From Acidimicrobiia bacterium (GTDB taxonomy: Bacteria > Actinomycetota > Acidimicrobiia > Acidimicrobiales > Bin134), in contig JAJECA010000061.1 of assembly GCA_022822265.1 (NCBI GenBank), forward strand, positions 3,711 through 67,710: a stretch of 64,000 nt of DNA, in the 5' to 3' direction. The notes beneath the pieces were generated by a model. It searched no databases and was not told the DNA's origin. It saw only the letters and a program-made list of their open reading frames with translations. The translations under genes were made by a program, and so were the position numbers. This document shows positions 28,436 to 36,000 of the stretch, piece after piece; position 1 is the stretch's first letter, and each line of letters opens with the position of its first letter.

Positions 28436-28959
28436 AGAGCCTCCGGTCCGATCGGGGTTGCCGCCAGCGTGTCCTCGTCAGCGTCGAAGAGCACGGCCAG
28501 AAACGTAGTGGGCCGGTCGGTGCGGTTGCGCCACGCATGAACAGTCCCCCGCTGCACCACGCAGTCCCCCGCGCGGAGGTGAACGTCGTCGTCGCCCTCC
28601 AACACCAGCCACAGCTCGCCCTCCAGCACGCAGATGAAGTCCACCGTGGCGGTGCGATGGAGATTCTCCTCATCGTCCACCGGGCGGGGATGACCGTCGG
28701 CGTCCACGTAGATCGCCGAGTCCGGCGGCAGCTTGTTGCGGATGATGTTCACCCCGCCCGGCAGCGGAGAAAGCCGAAAGCCATCCCGGTCGCCCGAGGC
28801 GTTATAGCTGGCAGGAAGCTCGTCCACCGCCCAAATGGCAGTCAGAAACTGCTCAGGATGGCGAGGACTGATCACCACCGGCGGCAACCCATCACTGTCC
28901 ACCACCGAATGACCATCCCCATCCACCCCAGTCACAATCCGCCGAAAGTCATCAGTCAT
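28432..28959 (-). CDS. Cupin-domain protein
   Basis: GDCVVQRGTVHAWRNRTDRP, a cupin beta-barrel signature. Start set at MTDDFRRIV (ATG 28959). Confidence 0.65.
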   Translation of the reverse strand: MTDDFRRIVTGVDGDGHSVVDSDGLPPVVISPRHPEQFLTAIWAVDELPASYNASGDRDGFRLSPLPGGVNIIRNKLPPDSAIYVDADGHPRPVDDEENLHRTATVDFICVLEGELWLVLEGDDDVHLRAGDCVVQRGTVHAWRNRTDRPTTFLAVLFDADEDTLAATPIGPEAL

Positions 28960-29280
28960 GTCGGGTCCTAGCCACCTCCCATTTGCCCTTCTTCTACAAG
29001 GCAAAAGTTTAAGGGCCTGAAGCTATCCCCTATCCAGAAAGCCGTCTATACCCCATCGTGTGAGCTTAGCTGTTCTTACAATATAACTTAGCCTATCTCG
29101 CAATCCTGACGGGTGGTTGTTTGAGCACCCCAATGACCCCCCATCGATGATTATCTATCTGTCGTATTCCCAGGTCAGAGGACTGTTACCCAGGATCGCT
29201 TTAGCTCGTACAGAGTGAATCTGTCGTCGAGTCTAGGTGGTCGGCTTACAGTCTTGTTGGTGGCTGGATTTCATTCTGCT

Positions 29281-29595
29281 TCAGTCTAAGTTGCCTAGCT
29301 GTCGTCGTGCCTCCCGATAACGCTGAGCAGGACTCAAGTATTGGGGTTTGTCTTTCATCATCGCATTCGCGATTTCAATTGAAGAAAACACCTCAAAGAA
29401 TTTGAGCCATGTGGCATAAAATAGCAATACGAATACCCACGCAACAGCTATCAATACCACTGCCACAGCTTTCAGGGGCAGGCGAGCCGCAACCGGGCCA
29501 TAGCGTGTTATGCGCCATATCCACGCCGCTGTTCTGCGAAAGGTAATGGGCCAACCGCTGTCCCTCTTGCGAGTGTCAGGCGACTTGTCCAACAT
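29281..29595 (-). CDS. Hypothetical membrane protein
   Basis: Start at MLDKSPD (ATG 29595), preceded by GGGGGGA. One long hydrophobic segment, LKAVAVVLIAVAWVFVLLFYATW. Low-G+C island DNA. Confidence 0.45.
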   Translation of the reverse strand: MLDKSPDTRKRDSGWPITFRRTAAWIWRITRYGPVAARLPLKAVAVVLIAVAWVFVLLFYATWLKFFEVFSSIEIANAMMKDKPQYLSPAQRYREARRQLGNLD

Positions 29596-29828
29596 TTCCG
29601 CTTTCCCCCCGAGAGGTATCAAGCATGATGATATCGGGACATGGCGCAGAGATGACGCAGAGATGGGACGGACAGCAACCCGACTTCGCAATGGGCTGAG
29701 GACGCTGGCATGAAGGGAGGATTCCCCTAGTCAAGATCTTGCGTTTGAGGGGGTTTGAAGGGACTGGGATCTTCGCGAAATCTAAACCTCCTGGTAGGCG
29801 GCCTGCAATGAGATTGTTTTGGAGAGTG

Positions 29829-29878
29829 TGGAACGCCAAATCCTGATTTTTGGAACGAGACAGGCCGTGTATTGGAAC
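29829..29878. repeat. Three phased direct repeats T(G/T)GGAAC(G/A), exactly 22 nt apart
   Basis: TGGAAC occurs at 29829-29834, 29851-29856 and 29873-29878, inside a 350-nt non-coding divergent region. Confidence 0.6.
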
Positions 29879-30044
29879 AGATCAGACATTTTCGCAGGTC
29901 AGATGGCTGAGTCAAACAGGGGCCAACGTCCAATTAGGATGTCCGAAAACACAAATCGAAGCCGAGGCCGAAGAAGATGCACAGGCGCTGTTCGGAGAAG
30001 ACGAGCGGAAAAGCGGCTGAAACTCCCCTGATACTGTCGCGGGG

Positions 30045-30269
30045 ATGTCAAGAGAGCTAGAGATTTCACCTGCCAAAGCGCGTCTCGTGACCGCCGTCTA
30101 TCAAGGAGTCGGCCACTCCATCCCCGCCACAATCACGGTTCTGAGTGCTGCCAAAATCACTCCACCGGGTGATGCGACTGGATGCCATGACTACGCGATA
30201 GCCAAGGCAATCCGACAACAACAGGATCGGGAAGACAGGAACTTGAAGATCAAAGCAGAGCGGCCCTGA
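30045..30269 (+). CDS. Hypothetical small protein (74 aa)
   Basis: ORF only, with a weak Shine-Dalgarno sequence. First gene of an apparent three-gene same-strand cluster. Confidence 0.4.
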   Translation: MSRELEISPAKARLVTAVYQGVGHSIPATITVLSAAKITPPGDATGCHDYAIAKAIRQQQDREDRNLKIKAERP

Positions 30270-30311
30270 CGAGTTAGCACTCTCGGCTGACCGACTATAG
30301 GAGGTCGTCCG

Positions 30312-30743
30312 ATGGGATGGCAGTGGATTCGCGAATGGTTCTGGTCAAGCTACCAGAGCAGCCCGCTCAAACGATTGCTCTGGTGGGCGGCGATGGTATT
30401 AGCTGCCTTGGTTGTTATTGGAACTATTGCGAATCTGCTGGTTGAACGCAGTTCGTCGGATTCGGAGATTCGTGATGCCCGCGATTTGTTCAATGGTTGC
30501 ATGTCTTCAGACGGCAACCACGACGGCTTGGAATCGCTCATCCGCACCGTACTGCACGATCCAGGCAGTATGGAGACGCACCGCACCTACTACAACAGTT
30601 CCGACAGCATCGCAGATGGCGAAATCCGCATCCGTCTGAACTACAGCGCAGCCAACGTCTTCGGCGGCAAAGTCCGTAAGAACGCATGGGCGCGCATGGG
30701 GTTGGACTGTCAGATCATTGCAGTCACCGATTACGGCTCTTGA
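30312..30743 (+). CDS. Hypothetical N-terminally membrane-anchored protein (143 aa)
   Basis: AGGAGG lies 7 nt upstream of the ATG. TM helix LLWWAAMVLAALVVIGTIANLL, followed by a roughly 95-aa soluble domain. Confidence 0.55.
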   Translation: MGWQWIREWFWSSYQSSPLKRLLWWAAMVLAALVVIGTIANLLVERSSSDSEIRDARDLFNGCMSSDGNHDGLESLIRTVLHDPGSMETHRTYYNSSDSIADGEIRIRLNYSAANVFGGKVRKNAWARMGLDCQIIAVTDYGS

Positions 30744-30768
30744 TAGCACTGGACCGAAGGGAGAGGGC

Positions 30769-31182
30769 ATGGCTGACCAAGAGGGATTCGTACCGCATGA
30801 GGCTGAGAGCTTGCAGCACTATGTGTATTTCATCCAAGACCCGCGCGACGGCAGGATTTTCTATGTGGGGAAAGGGAAGGGCAACCGTTTTGTCGAGCGT
30901 CTAAAGCACTCCGATGAGACGGAGTGGCACAACAAGCGGCTTGACAAGATTCGGGAGATCGAGGCAGAGGGTCATGAGGTCAGGTGCTTCATCGCACGTC
31001 ATGGCATGGATGAGCAGACCGCGCTGGAAGTAGAGGCAGCACTGATTGACGTTCTGCGGCTCACCGGCAACGACGAGTTGACGAACAAGCATCGAGGGCA
31101 CACACCATCGCGAGGGCTTTGGGACTTCAGAGGGCACATCCCAGGCAATGTGTGGGGTCTACCTGCCGACAACTACAAGTAA
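30769..31182 (+). CDS. GIY-YIG nuclease-domain protein
   Basis: HYVYFIQDPRDGRIFYVGKGKGNRFVERL matches the GIY..YVG..R core. GGGAGAG Shine-Dalgarno sequence upstream of ATG 30769 (inside ORF 30718-31182). Confidence 0.75.
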   Translation: MADQEGFVPHEAESLQHYVYFIQDPRDGRIFYVGKGKGNRFVERLKHSDETEWHNKRLDKIREIEAEGHEVRCFIARHGMDEQTALEVEAALIDVLRLTGNDELTNKHRGHTPSRGLWDFRGHIPGNVWGLPADNYK

Positions 31183-31337
31183 TCCTGAAGGCACCGGCGC
31201 GCAATTGAAGGCTGCCGAGGAATGGCTCGCGATTTCATGGCTTGGTACGGATTCGACAGGATTCCGAAACCGTTATCGGCCCTCCCGCAGACCAGAGGTC
31301 TGGCTAGCTCAATCCGACGGGCCGCTATCCAACTCTC

Positions 31338-31628
31338 CTAGCTGCCGCTCTTGGTCTTGTTATAGCGGGGGTTCCGACCCTTGTTGCGTCGGCGGTGCCG
31401 TGCCAGTCTCGCTGCTTCCCAACGTCGAGCCAATCCCCTGGGCATTCCTGGCGTCTCCACCTGCATGTGCCCGTACTTGCCGGACTTCTGGTGCTCAACA
31501 GCACGCCGCCTGGGGTTGTTGGTGGTCCCCACATAAACGACTTTGCCGCGACGGCTACGCAGCGTGTACCCCTTTACAGCCCGCGGCCGCTTAGATCGCC
31601 ACTGCCTATAGCTCCGCCGCCCAGCCAT
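31338..31628 (-). CDS. Small basic GIY-YIG-like protein (96 aa)
   Basis: GYTLRSRRGKVVYVGTTNNPRRRAVEHQKSGK resembles a GIY-YIG core. Start set at MAGRRSY (ATG 31628). Confidence 0.55.
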   Translation of the reverse strand: MAGRRSYRQWRSKRPRAVKGYTLRSRRGKVVYVGTTNNPRRRAVEHQKSGKYGHMQVETPGMPRGLARRWEAARLARHRRRNKGRNPRYNKTKSGS

Positions 31629-31799
31629 TCGCCCACCATAACCAGCTGGTCGCGTCGTGGCGGTGCTGGCTGATAGCGCACGAATGCCTGTGATGAGGTT
31701 CAGTGCGGGAGAGCAGACTGGAAAGCCAAACGTCTGGTAGGTCTGTAGATGCGAATTTCCGGGTCCTGGGTGTGACACGCTCGTAAACTCGCTGCCGAC

Positions 31800-32591
31800 A
31801 TGAGTGCCCCCCAGACCAATCAAGCAGACGTGCTTGCCCGTTGGGAGCAGGCTGCGGATTGGCCGATGCTGGTTTTGGCGTTGGGGAGCATCCCGCTTCT
31901 GGTGTTCGAGTCTTTCTACCCATCGTTGTTCGCTGTGTTGAATTGGTTGATTTCAGGAGTGTTCGCTGTCGAGCTTGGGGTAAGGCTGGTCATTCACGGG
32001 CCCGGTCGCAGAAGGTACGCGATCAGCAAGTGGTACGACTTCGCCATCGTCGCTCTAACTCTGATTCCCGTGCTGATGCCGTTGCGGGCTTTGCGGTCGG
32101 TGCGGGTATTGAAAGTGCTGAAGATTCTCAGGCTGGTGGCATTTGCGGAGCGGGGTTGGCACACCGCCAAGAGGATGTGGGCTGGAACATCAGGCCGCTG
32201 GGTGCTGGTAGCCGCTGTTGTGCTGATCGCAGCAGCGTCAGTGGGGGTGTGGTTCTTTGAGGATGGTGGTGGTGGAGACATCGACTCGCTGGGCGAGACG
32301 GTCTGGTGGGCGATAGTGACCATGACCACTGTCGGCTACGGAGACATCTCACCTGAGACTGGCAGCGGGAAAACGATTGCAGTCGTGGTGATGCTGGCGG
32401 GCATCACCGTCTTCGGAATCGTCACCGCGAACCTGGCAGCGTGGTTCACCAGAAGCAAAGAAGAAGCCGAAAAGGACGACCTAGCCCGACAGGTGAGCGA
32501 ATTGACCGCAGCAGTAGAACGGCTCACAGCGCAGATCGGTGATAATGGCGAGGTGGTTGACCCGGTTGGCGATGGACCTAAGCAGTGTTAG
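31800..32591 (+). CDS. Voltage-gated-type (6TM) potassium channel
   Basis: Selectivity filter TMTTVGYGD. S4-like LRALRSVRVLKVLKILRLV with a basic residue at every third position. C-terminal coiled-coil-like tail. Confidence 0.9.
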   Translation: MSAPQTNQADVLARWEQAADWPMLVLALGSIPLLVFESFYPSLFAVLNWLISGVFAVELGVRLVIHGPGRRRYAISKWYDFAIVALTLIPVLMPLRALRSVRVLKVLKILRLVAFAERGWHTAKRMWAGTSGRWVLVAAVVLIAAASVGVWFFEDGGGGDIDSLGETVWWAIVTMTTVGYGDISPETGSGKTIAVVVMLAGITVFGIVTANLAAWFTRSKEEAEKDDLARQVSELTAAVERLTAQIGDNGEVVDPVGDGPKQC

Positions 32592-32604
32592 AGAAATTCC
32601 CTGC

Positions 32605-33711
32605 TTATGACGTACAACCTCTTCCGTCTCCGTCTCTGTCGAGCCTGTAGGGGTCTACTCCAGGTACAAGCACGGTAACGGGTTTCTGGTCTGATGTGAG
32701 GTCGCCGCAGTTGAGGGCGTCACCGGGCAAATTGGGAAGGCAAGGGCTATAAGCAGGGTGGCAGTCGGACTCGACTTCGATAGTTCCGGTGGATGGTTCG
32801 CTTGTGGTACTTGGCAGGCTGTGATCTGAGCAGCCATCGAGTGCTTGCGCCAGAGCGTTCTTCTCGGCAGTGTCCACCGACAGGGAGTAGTTGGTCTTGA
32901 TCTGCACGGTCTTGGTCGCTAGGAAGCACCGCCCTTCGGCGGTTAGCTCTGTGCCTTGACACACACCGCTTCCGATCCGTCCTGACCATTCAGCCATGTC
33001 ACGCGCGCCTTTGGATCGGTTCACACAATCGCGTGTGGCAATCAGATTCTCAGCGTCATTCCCGAATGCCATTCGCCGTGCTGTGTCCCAAGCCCATGCA
33101 CCGGACTCGAACGCTTCCTGAGCGGCCACGATGTGATCCACGTCACAAGCAGAAGGATAGAAGCTGATCCCGGTGTAGGGATCGGTGCCAGCGTTGTCGC
33201 ACAGGTAGCCCCGATCATGCTCAAAGTCGGCTCTCACATAGCCTGACCCCTCGTACTCTGGTTCGACGGTCAGCGTGCTGAGGACGTCCATCACCGCAGT
33301 CTCAGTGCTACCGCCTATTGCTGGATCGACCTCGCCTTCCCCCTCACCTGTGGCGCATCCTCCGGGCACAAGCTGGGTGTCAACGTCGAACTGGCAGCGG
33401 TAGACATTCAGCAGAACTTCCTGATTCTGAATCAGCCCATCCCGCACGTCGATGTCATTCTGTGTCGGGTTTGCAGGAGCGGGACCAGGCGAGATGACAT
33501 CGGGGTTCGGGCAGCCGCCTGGAACCACGTTGGTGTCCACTCCGAACAGGCACCTGTAGGTGTTCAGCAGGTTCTCCTGGTTGGCGATCAGTTGATCTCG
33601 AACCTCAACATCGCTTTGGGTTTGCGCCGACGCGACCGGAGCGAGCAGCACAGCAACGAGGGCGACCAAGGCAGCGGCTATAACAATAATAGGTGGGATG
33701 ATTTTTCGCAC
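32605..33711 (-). CDS. Secreted DUF1524/HNH-like nuclease with a C-terminal Excalibur Ca-binding domain
   Basis: Signal peptide (..LLAPVASAQT). Two N-terminal tandem repeats. CDVDHIVA ... NRSKGARDMAEW (DUF1524-type). C-terminal DRDGDGRGC (Excalibur). Confidence 0.75.
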   Translation of the reverse strand: MRKIIPPIIVIAAALVALVAVLLAPVASAQTQSDVEVRDQLIANQENLLNTYRCLFGVDTNVVPGGCPNPDVISPGPAPANPTQNDIDVRDGLIQNQEVLLNVYRCQFDVDTQLVPGGCATGEGEGEVDPAIGGSTETAVMDVLSTLTVEPEYEGSGYVRADFEHDRGYLCDNAGTDPYTGISFYPSACDVDHIVAAQEAFESGAWAWDTARRMAFGNDAENLIATRDCVNRSKGARDMAEWSGRIGSGVCQGTELTAEGRCFLATKTVQIKTNYSLSVDTAEKNALAQALDGCSDHSLPSTTSEPSTGTIEVESDCHPAYSPCLPNLPGDALNCGDLTSDQKPVTVLVPGVDPYRLDRDGDGRGCTS

Positions 33712-34002
33712 CGGGGCAATGTACTACACCCTTTGCGCTGGTCATCCGCATTTCGGTCCTTGCCTCGTTAGAGCAATCGAGGTCTGAAATCGCCATATGG
33801 ACTCGCAGGGAGAGAACAGTAAGCAGCGTGAAATTGGGAGTGGGCCGTCGCTATTTTGCATTTGACGACGTGCAGGTGGCACCCATCAACGGGGGCAAGG
33901 ACCGCATTGTTCTTGACGCGAGGAAGCACGTCACCCGTGTGGGATACGTTGACCTTCTCGAAGCGGTCTCAGCGGTGCGTGTTGGCTTTCGCGGCGGGTG
34001 AT

Positions 34003-34467
34003 CTACCCCCAGGTCCCTCCGCTTTTGGGGTTGCTGCCATCGAAGTAGACGCAGGCTGTTCCCCCATCGATGATCCAACTGCCGTCTGGCAGCTGGGCGG
34101 CGTACACCACGATCTGAGCGTTGCCTTCGGCATCACGGAATGCGACGGTGTGGTCTTGGCTGGGGTGCTGGGTCAGGTCTTCCGCGCTGATGGTGTCTGT
34201 TCCATCGCGGCTGTGCCACCACCGGGCCTCGGACTCGTTCTGCCACCATTGGGTGGCGGCCTCGTCCACAGAGGAAAAGCCGACCACATGGTCTGGGTCA
34301 AAGTTGTAATTCCAGCCCGCTGACCGCTCCCCGTAGCAGGCCAAGCCTGACCGATGCAGATAGGGAGTCGGCTCAGGTGTCGGGGCGCTGGCACCAATGT
34401 CGTTACCCGCTCCGCAGGCGACAGCGAGCAGGGTAGCAACAGCGGTGAGGATCACCGAGTGCAGCAT
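34003..34467 (-). CDS. Putative lipoprotein, function unknown
   Basis: Lipobox LLAVAC after a hydrophobic N-terminus. Trp-rich mature part. Confidence 0.55.
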   Translation of the reverse strand: MLHSVILTAVATLLAVACGAGNDIGASAPTPEPTPYLHRSGLACYGERSAGWNYNFDPDHVVGFSSVDEAATQWWQNESEARWWHSRDGTDTISAEDLTQHPSQDHTVAFRDAEGNAQIVVYAAQLPDGSWIIDGGTACVYFDGSNPKSGGTWG

Positions 34468-34514
34468 GTGCGACAGGGGGTGCGTTGGTTCATGACATAG
34501 GAACAGGAATATGC

Positions 34515-34931
34515 CTACAGCCTGCCTCTCTCGTAGATGTAGAGGCTGACATTCGTACCGGAGAGAATCTCGCCCCAGGATCGACCGACGTTGCCCTCAG
34601 CAACATGGAGAGATGCACCGGTAGCAATGGCGGCGGCAAGAAGCTCTGCGGCAGCAATGCTGATCCTGTGCGCTGCTTTCAATTGTGCGATATGGGTGGT
34701 GAAGGGACGCGGGTCGAGAATCTGCAATACATCGGAAGGCGGAGAGAGTGCGGCCTCAAGAGTCGTGCTCTGAGCTGTTCGGCTCAAACGACCGAAACTT
34801 CGGCTGTCAAGCAAGGCCCTCAGCAAGCGCACGTGGAGCGTCCAGGGCAGGACGGGAATTTCATCGCGCCAGTCACGGTTGTGTGGGCCGCCAAGAAGGC
34901 TCCGCGCAACATGGTCGTCGACGATCAGCAC
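34515..34931 (-). CDS. Hypothetical protein, possibly a degenerate PIN-like fold
   Basis: N-terminal MLIVDDHV and C-terminal ISIAAAELLAAAIATGASLHVAEGN resemble PIN strand/helix patterns. The full acidic tetrad could not be confirmed. Confidence 0.35.
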   Translation of the reverse strand: MLIVDDHVARSLLGGPHNRDWRDEIPVLPWTLHVRLLRALLDSRSFGRLSRTAQSTTLEAALSPPSDVLQILDPRPFTTHIAQLKAAHRISIAAAELLAAAIATGASLHVAEGNVGRSWGEILSGTNVSLYIYERGRL

Positions 34932-34983
34932 AATGACCGGCCCAAAGGCGGCGACCGGGCGAGGGCAGCAGAAAGCTGGGGGC

Positions 34984-35199
34984 CTAGCGGGGAGCTAGGT
35001 CCTCGGAAAAGCGGAGGCCGAACTCAGGATCGTCGGCGAAAAGTCGCTCGCACAGCTCGTGGTATTCCTCACCGAGGCTGGCGAACACTTGTTGGACCTC
35101 AGCATCAAGGCGCGGCTGCGTCGCGCGCTCCATTGCGCCTGTTCGCAGCAGCGGCAACTGCTGCCCAGCGACGTACTGAATGGCCATCAGCACCACCAT
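34984..35199 (-). CDS. Hypothetical small protein upstream of the PIN-like gene
   Basis: ORF 34984-35340 trimmed to ATG 35199, because the 5' part overlaps the tRNA gene. No recognisable motif. Confidence 0.3.
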   Translation of the reverse strand: MVVLMAIQYVAGQQLPLLRTGAMERATQPRLDAEVQQVFASLGEEYHELCERLFADDPEFGLRFSEDLAPR

Positions 35200-35299
35200 A
35201 CCGCCGAGTTGGAGACTTTCGAAGTGTTGTTTCAAGACAACGGTCTCGCTCCGCACCGCGCACGTTTCCAACGTTTCGGTGTCCCGCGAATTCACATTG

Positions 35300-35384
35300 T
35301 GCGCCAGGTGGGATTTGAACCCACACGGGCTTGCGCCCACAGGGACCTAAACCCTGCGCGTCTGCCAAATTCCGCCACTGGCGC
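35300..35384 (-). tRNA. tRNA-Leu (anticodon UAG)
   Basis: Hand-folded cloverleaf. Acceptor GCGCCAG/CTGGCGC, D stem GCG/CGC, anticodon stem CAGGG/CCCTG with loop TTTAGGT. Long variable arm (GGGC-GCAA-GCCC). T arm GTGGG-TTCAAAT-CCCAC. Discriminator A. CCA is not encoded. Confidence 0.95.
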
Positions 35385-35403
35385 GTAGCTTGATGGGGTC
35401 AGG

Positions 35404-36000
35404 CTACAGGCCCAATTGGGAGGCCAAAGACCGAAAAGCCCGGCCCCGGTGGGAGATTGCGTTCTTCTCGTCGGGCGACATCTCGGCGAACGTGCGCCCG
35501 TCTCCCCCTTCGGGGACGAACACCGGGTCGTAGCCGAAGCCCCCATTTCCACGGGGCGCGGCGGCAATGACTCCCGACATCATGCCCTCGGCCAGCAGCT
35601 CGCGGCCGTCGGGGAACACCACCACTGCCACCGTGCGGAAACGGGCCGACCGGTCGGCTGCGCCCTCAAGCTCAGCCACCAGCCGGGCCCGGTTGTCGGC
35701 GTCGTTGGCGTGCTCTCCGGCATAGCGGGCCGACCGCACTCCCGGCGCTCCTCCCAGAGCCGCCACCTCCAGGCCGGTGTCGTCGGCGACTGCGGCCTGT
35801 CCGGTGTGCTCGCACACCGCGGCAGCCTTCAGCCGGGCGTTGGCCTCCAGGGTGTCGCCGTCCTCTACCACTTCGCCTAGATCAGCGGGCCGGGGCAGCA
35901 GTTCCACCGCCGATCCCAAGATGGCGGCAATCTCAGTCAGCTTGTGGGGATTGGCGGTGGCCGCCACCAATCGCGGTCGCTCACCGGAGGCGAGGCTCAA
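35404..36000 (-). CDS. rdgB: Non-canonical purine NTP pyrophosphatase (RdgB/HAM1)
   Basis: [11 protein letters not shown] and [12 protein letters not shown] motifs. Its start overlaps the rph stop by 4 nt. Confidence 0.9.
   Translation of the reverse strand: MSLASGERPRLVAATANPHKLTEIAAILGSAVELLPRPADLGEVVEDGDTLEANARLKAAAVCEHTGQAAVADDTGLEVAALGGAPGVRSARYAGEHANDADNRARLVAELEGAADRSARFRTVAVVVFPDGRELLAEGMMSGVIAAAPRGNGGFGYDPVFVPEGGDGRTFAEMSPDEKNAISHRGRAFRSLASQLGL

Noticed and set aside
26708-28540. 610-aa plus-strand ORF across clpP and the DUF1214-like gene
   Set aside because: It is antisense to clpP, which has an intact catalytic triad. The translation is His/Gly/Arg/Val-rich with no motifs, so it is a high-G+C shadow frame.
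29108-29276. Possible attachment-site repeat of the tRNA-Leu 3' end at the far border of island 2
   Set aside because: Only weak resemblances to the tRNA T-arm were found: GGGTGGTTGTTTGAGCACCC at 29110-29129 and GGTGGCTGGATTTCA at 29259-29273. By hand alignment, one candidate gave 9 of 14 matched positions and the other needed a gap, which is not distinguishable from chance.
33828-34001. Unlisted 57-codon GTG-initiated ORF (VKLGVGRRYFAFDDVQVAPINGGKD...VGFRGG*) ending in Gly-Gly, in the spacer between the secreted nuclease and the lipoprotein genes
   Set aside because: It has no convincing Shine-Dalgarno spacing and no recognisable fold motif. It is below the size cut-off, and its end abuts the convergent lipoprotein stop. 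It is kept only as a note for comparative checking.
35262-35279. Third occurrence of the LacI-operator-like core (GAAACGTTG) near the tRNA
   Set aside because: It shares only the generic AACGTT-centred 9-mer with the sites at 709 and 2850. It lies 30 kb away in foreign DNA. It is more likely a local operator or chance than part of the sugar-acid regulon.
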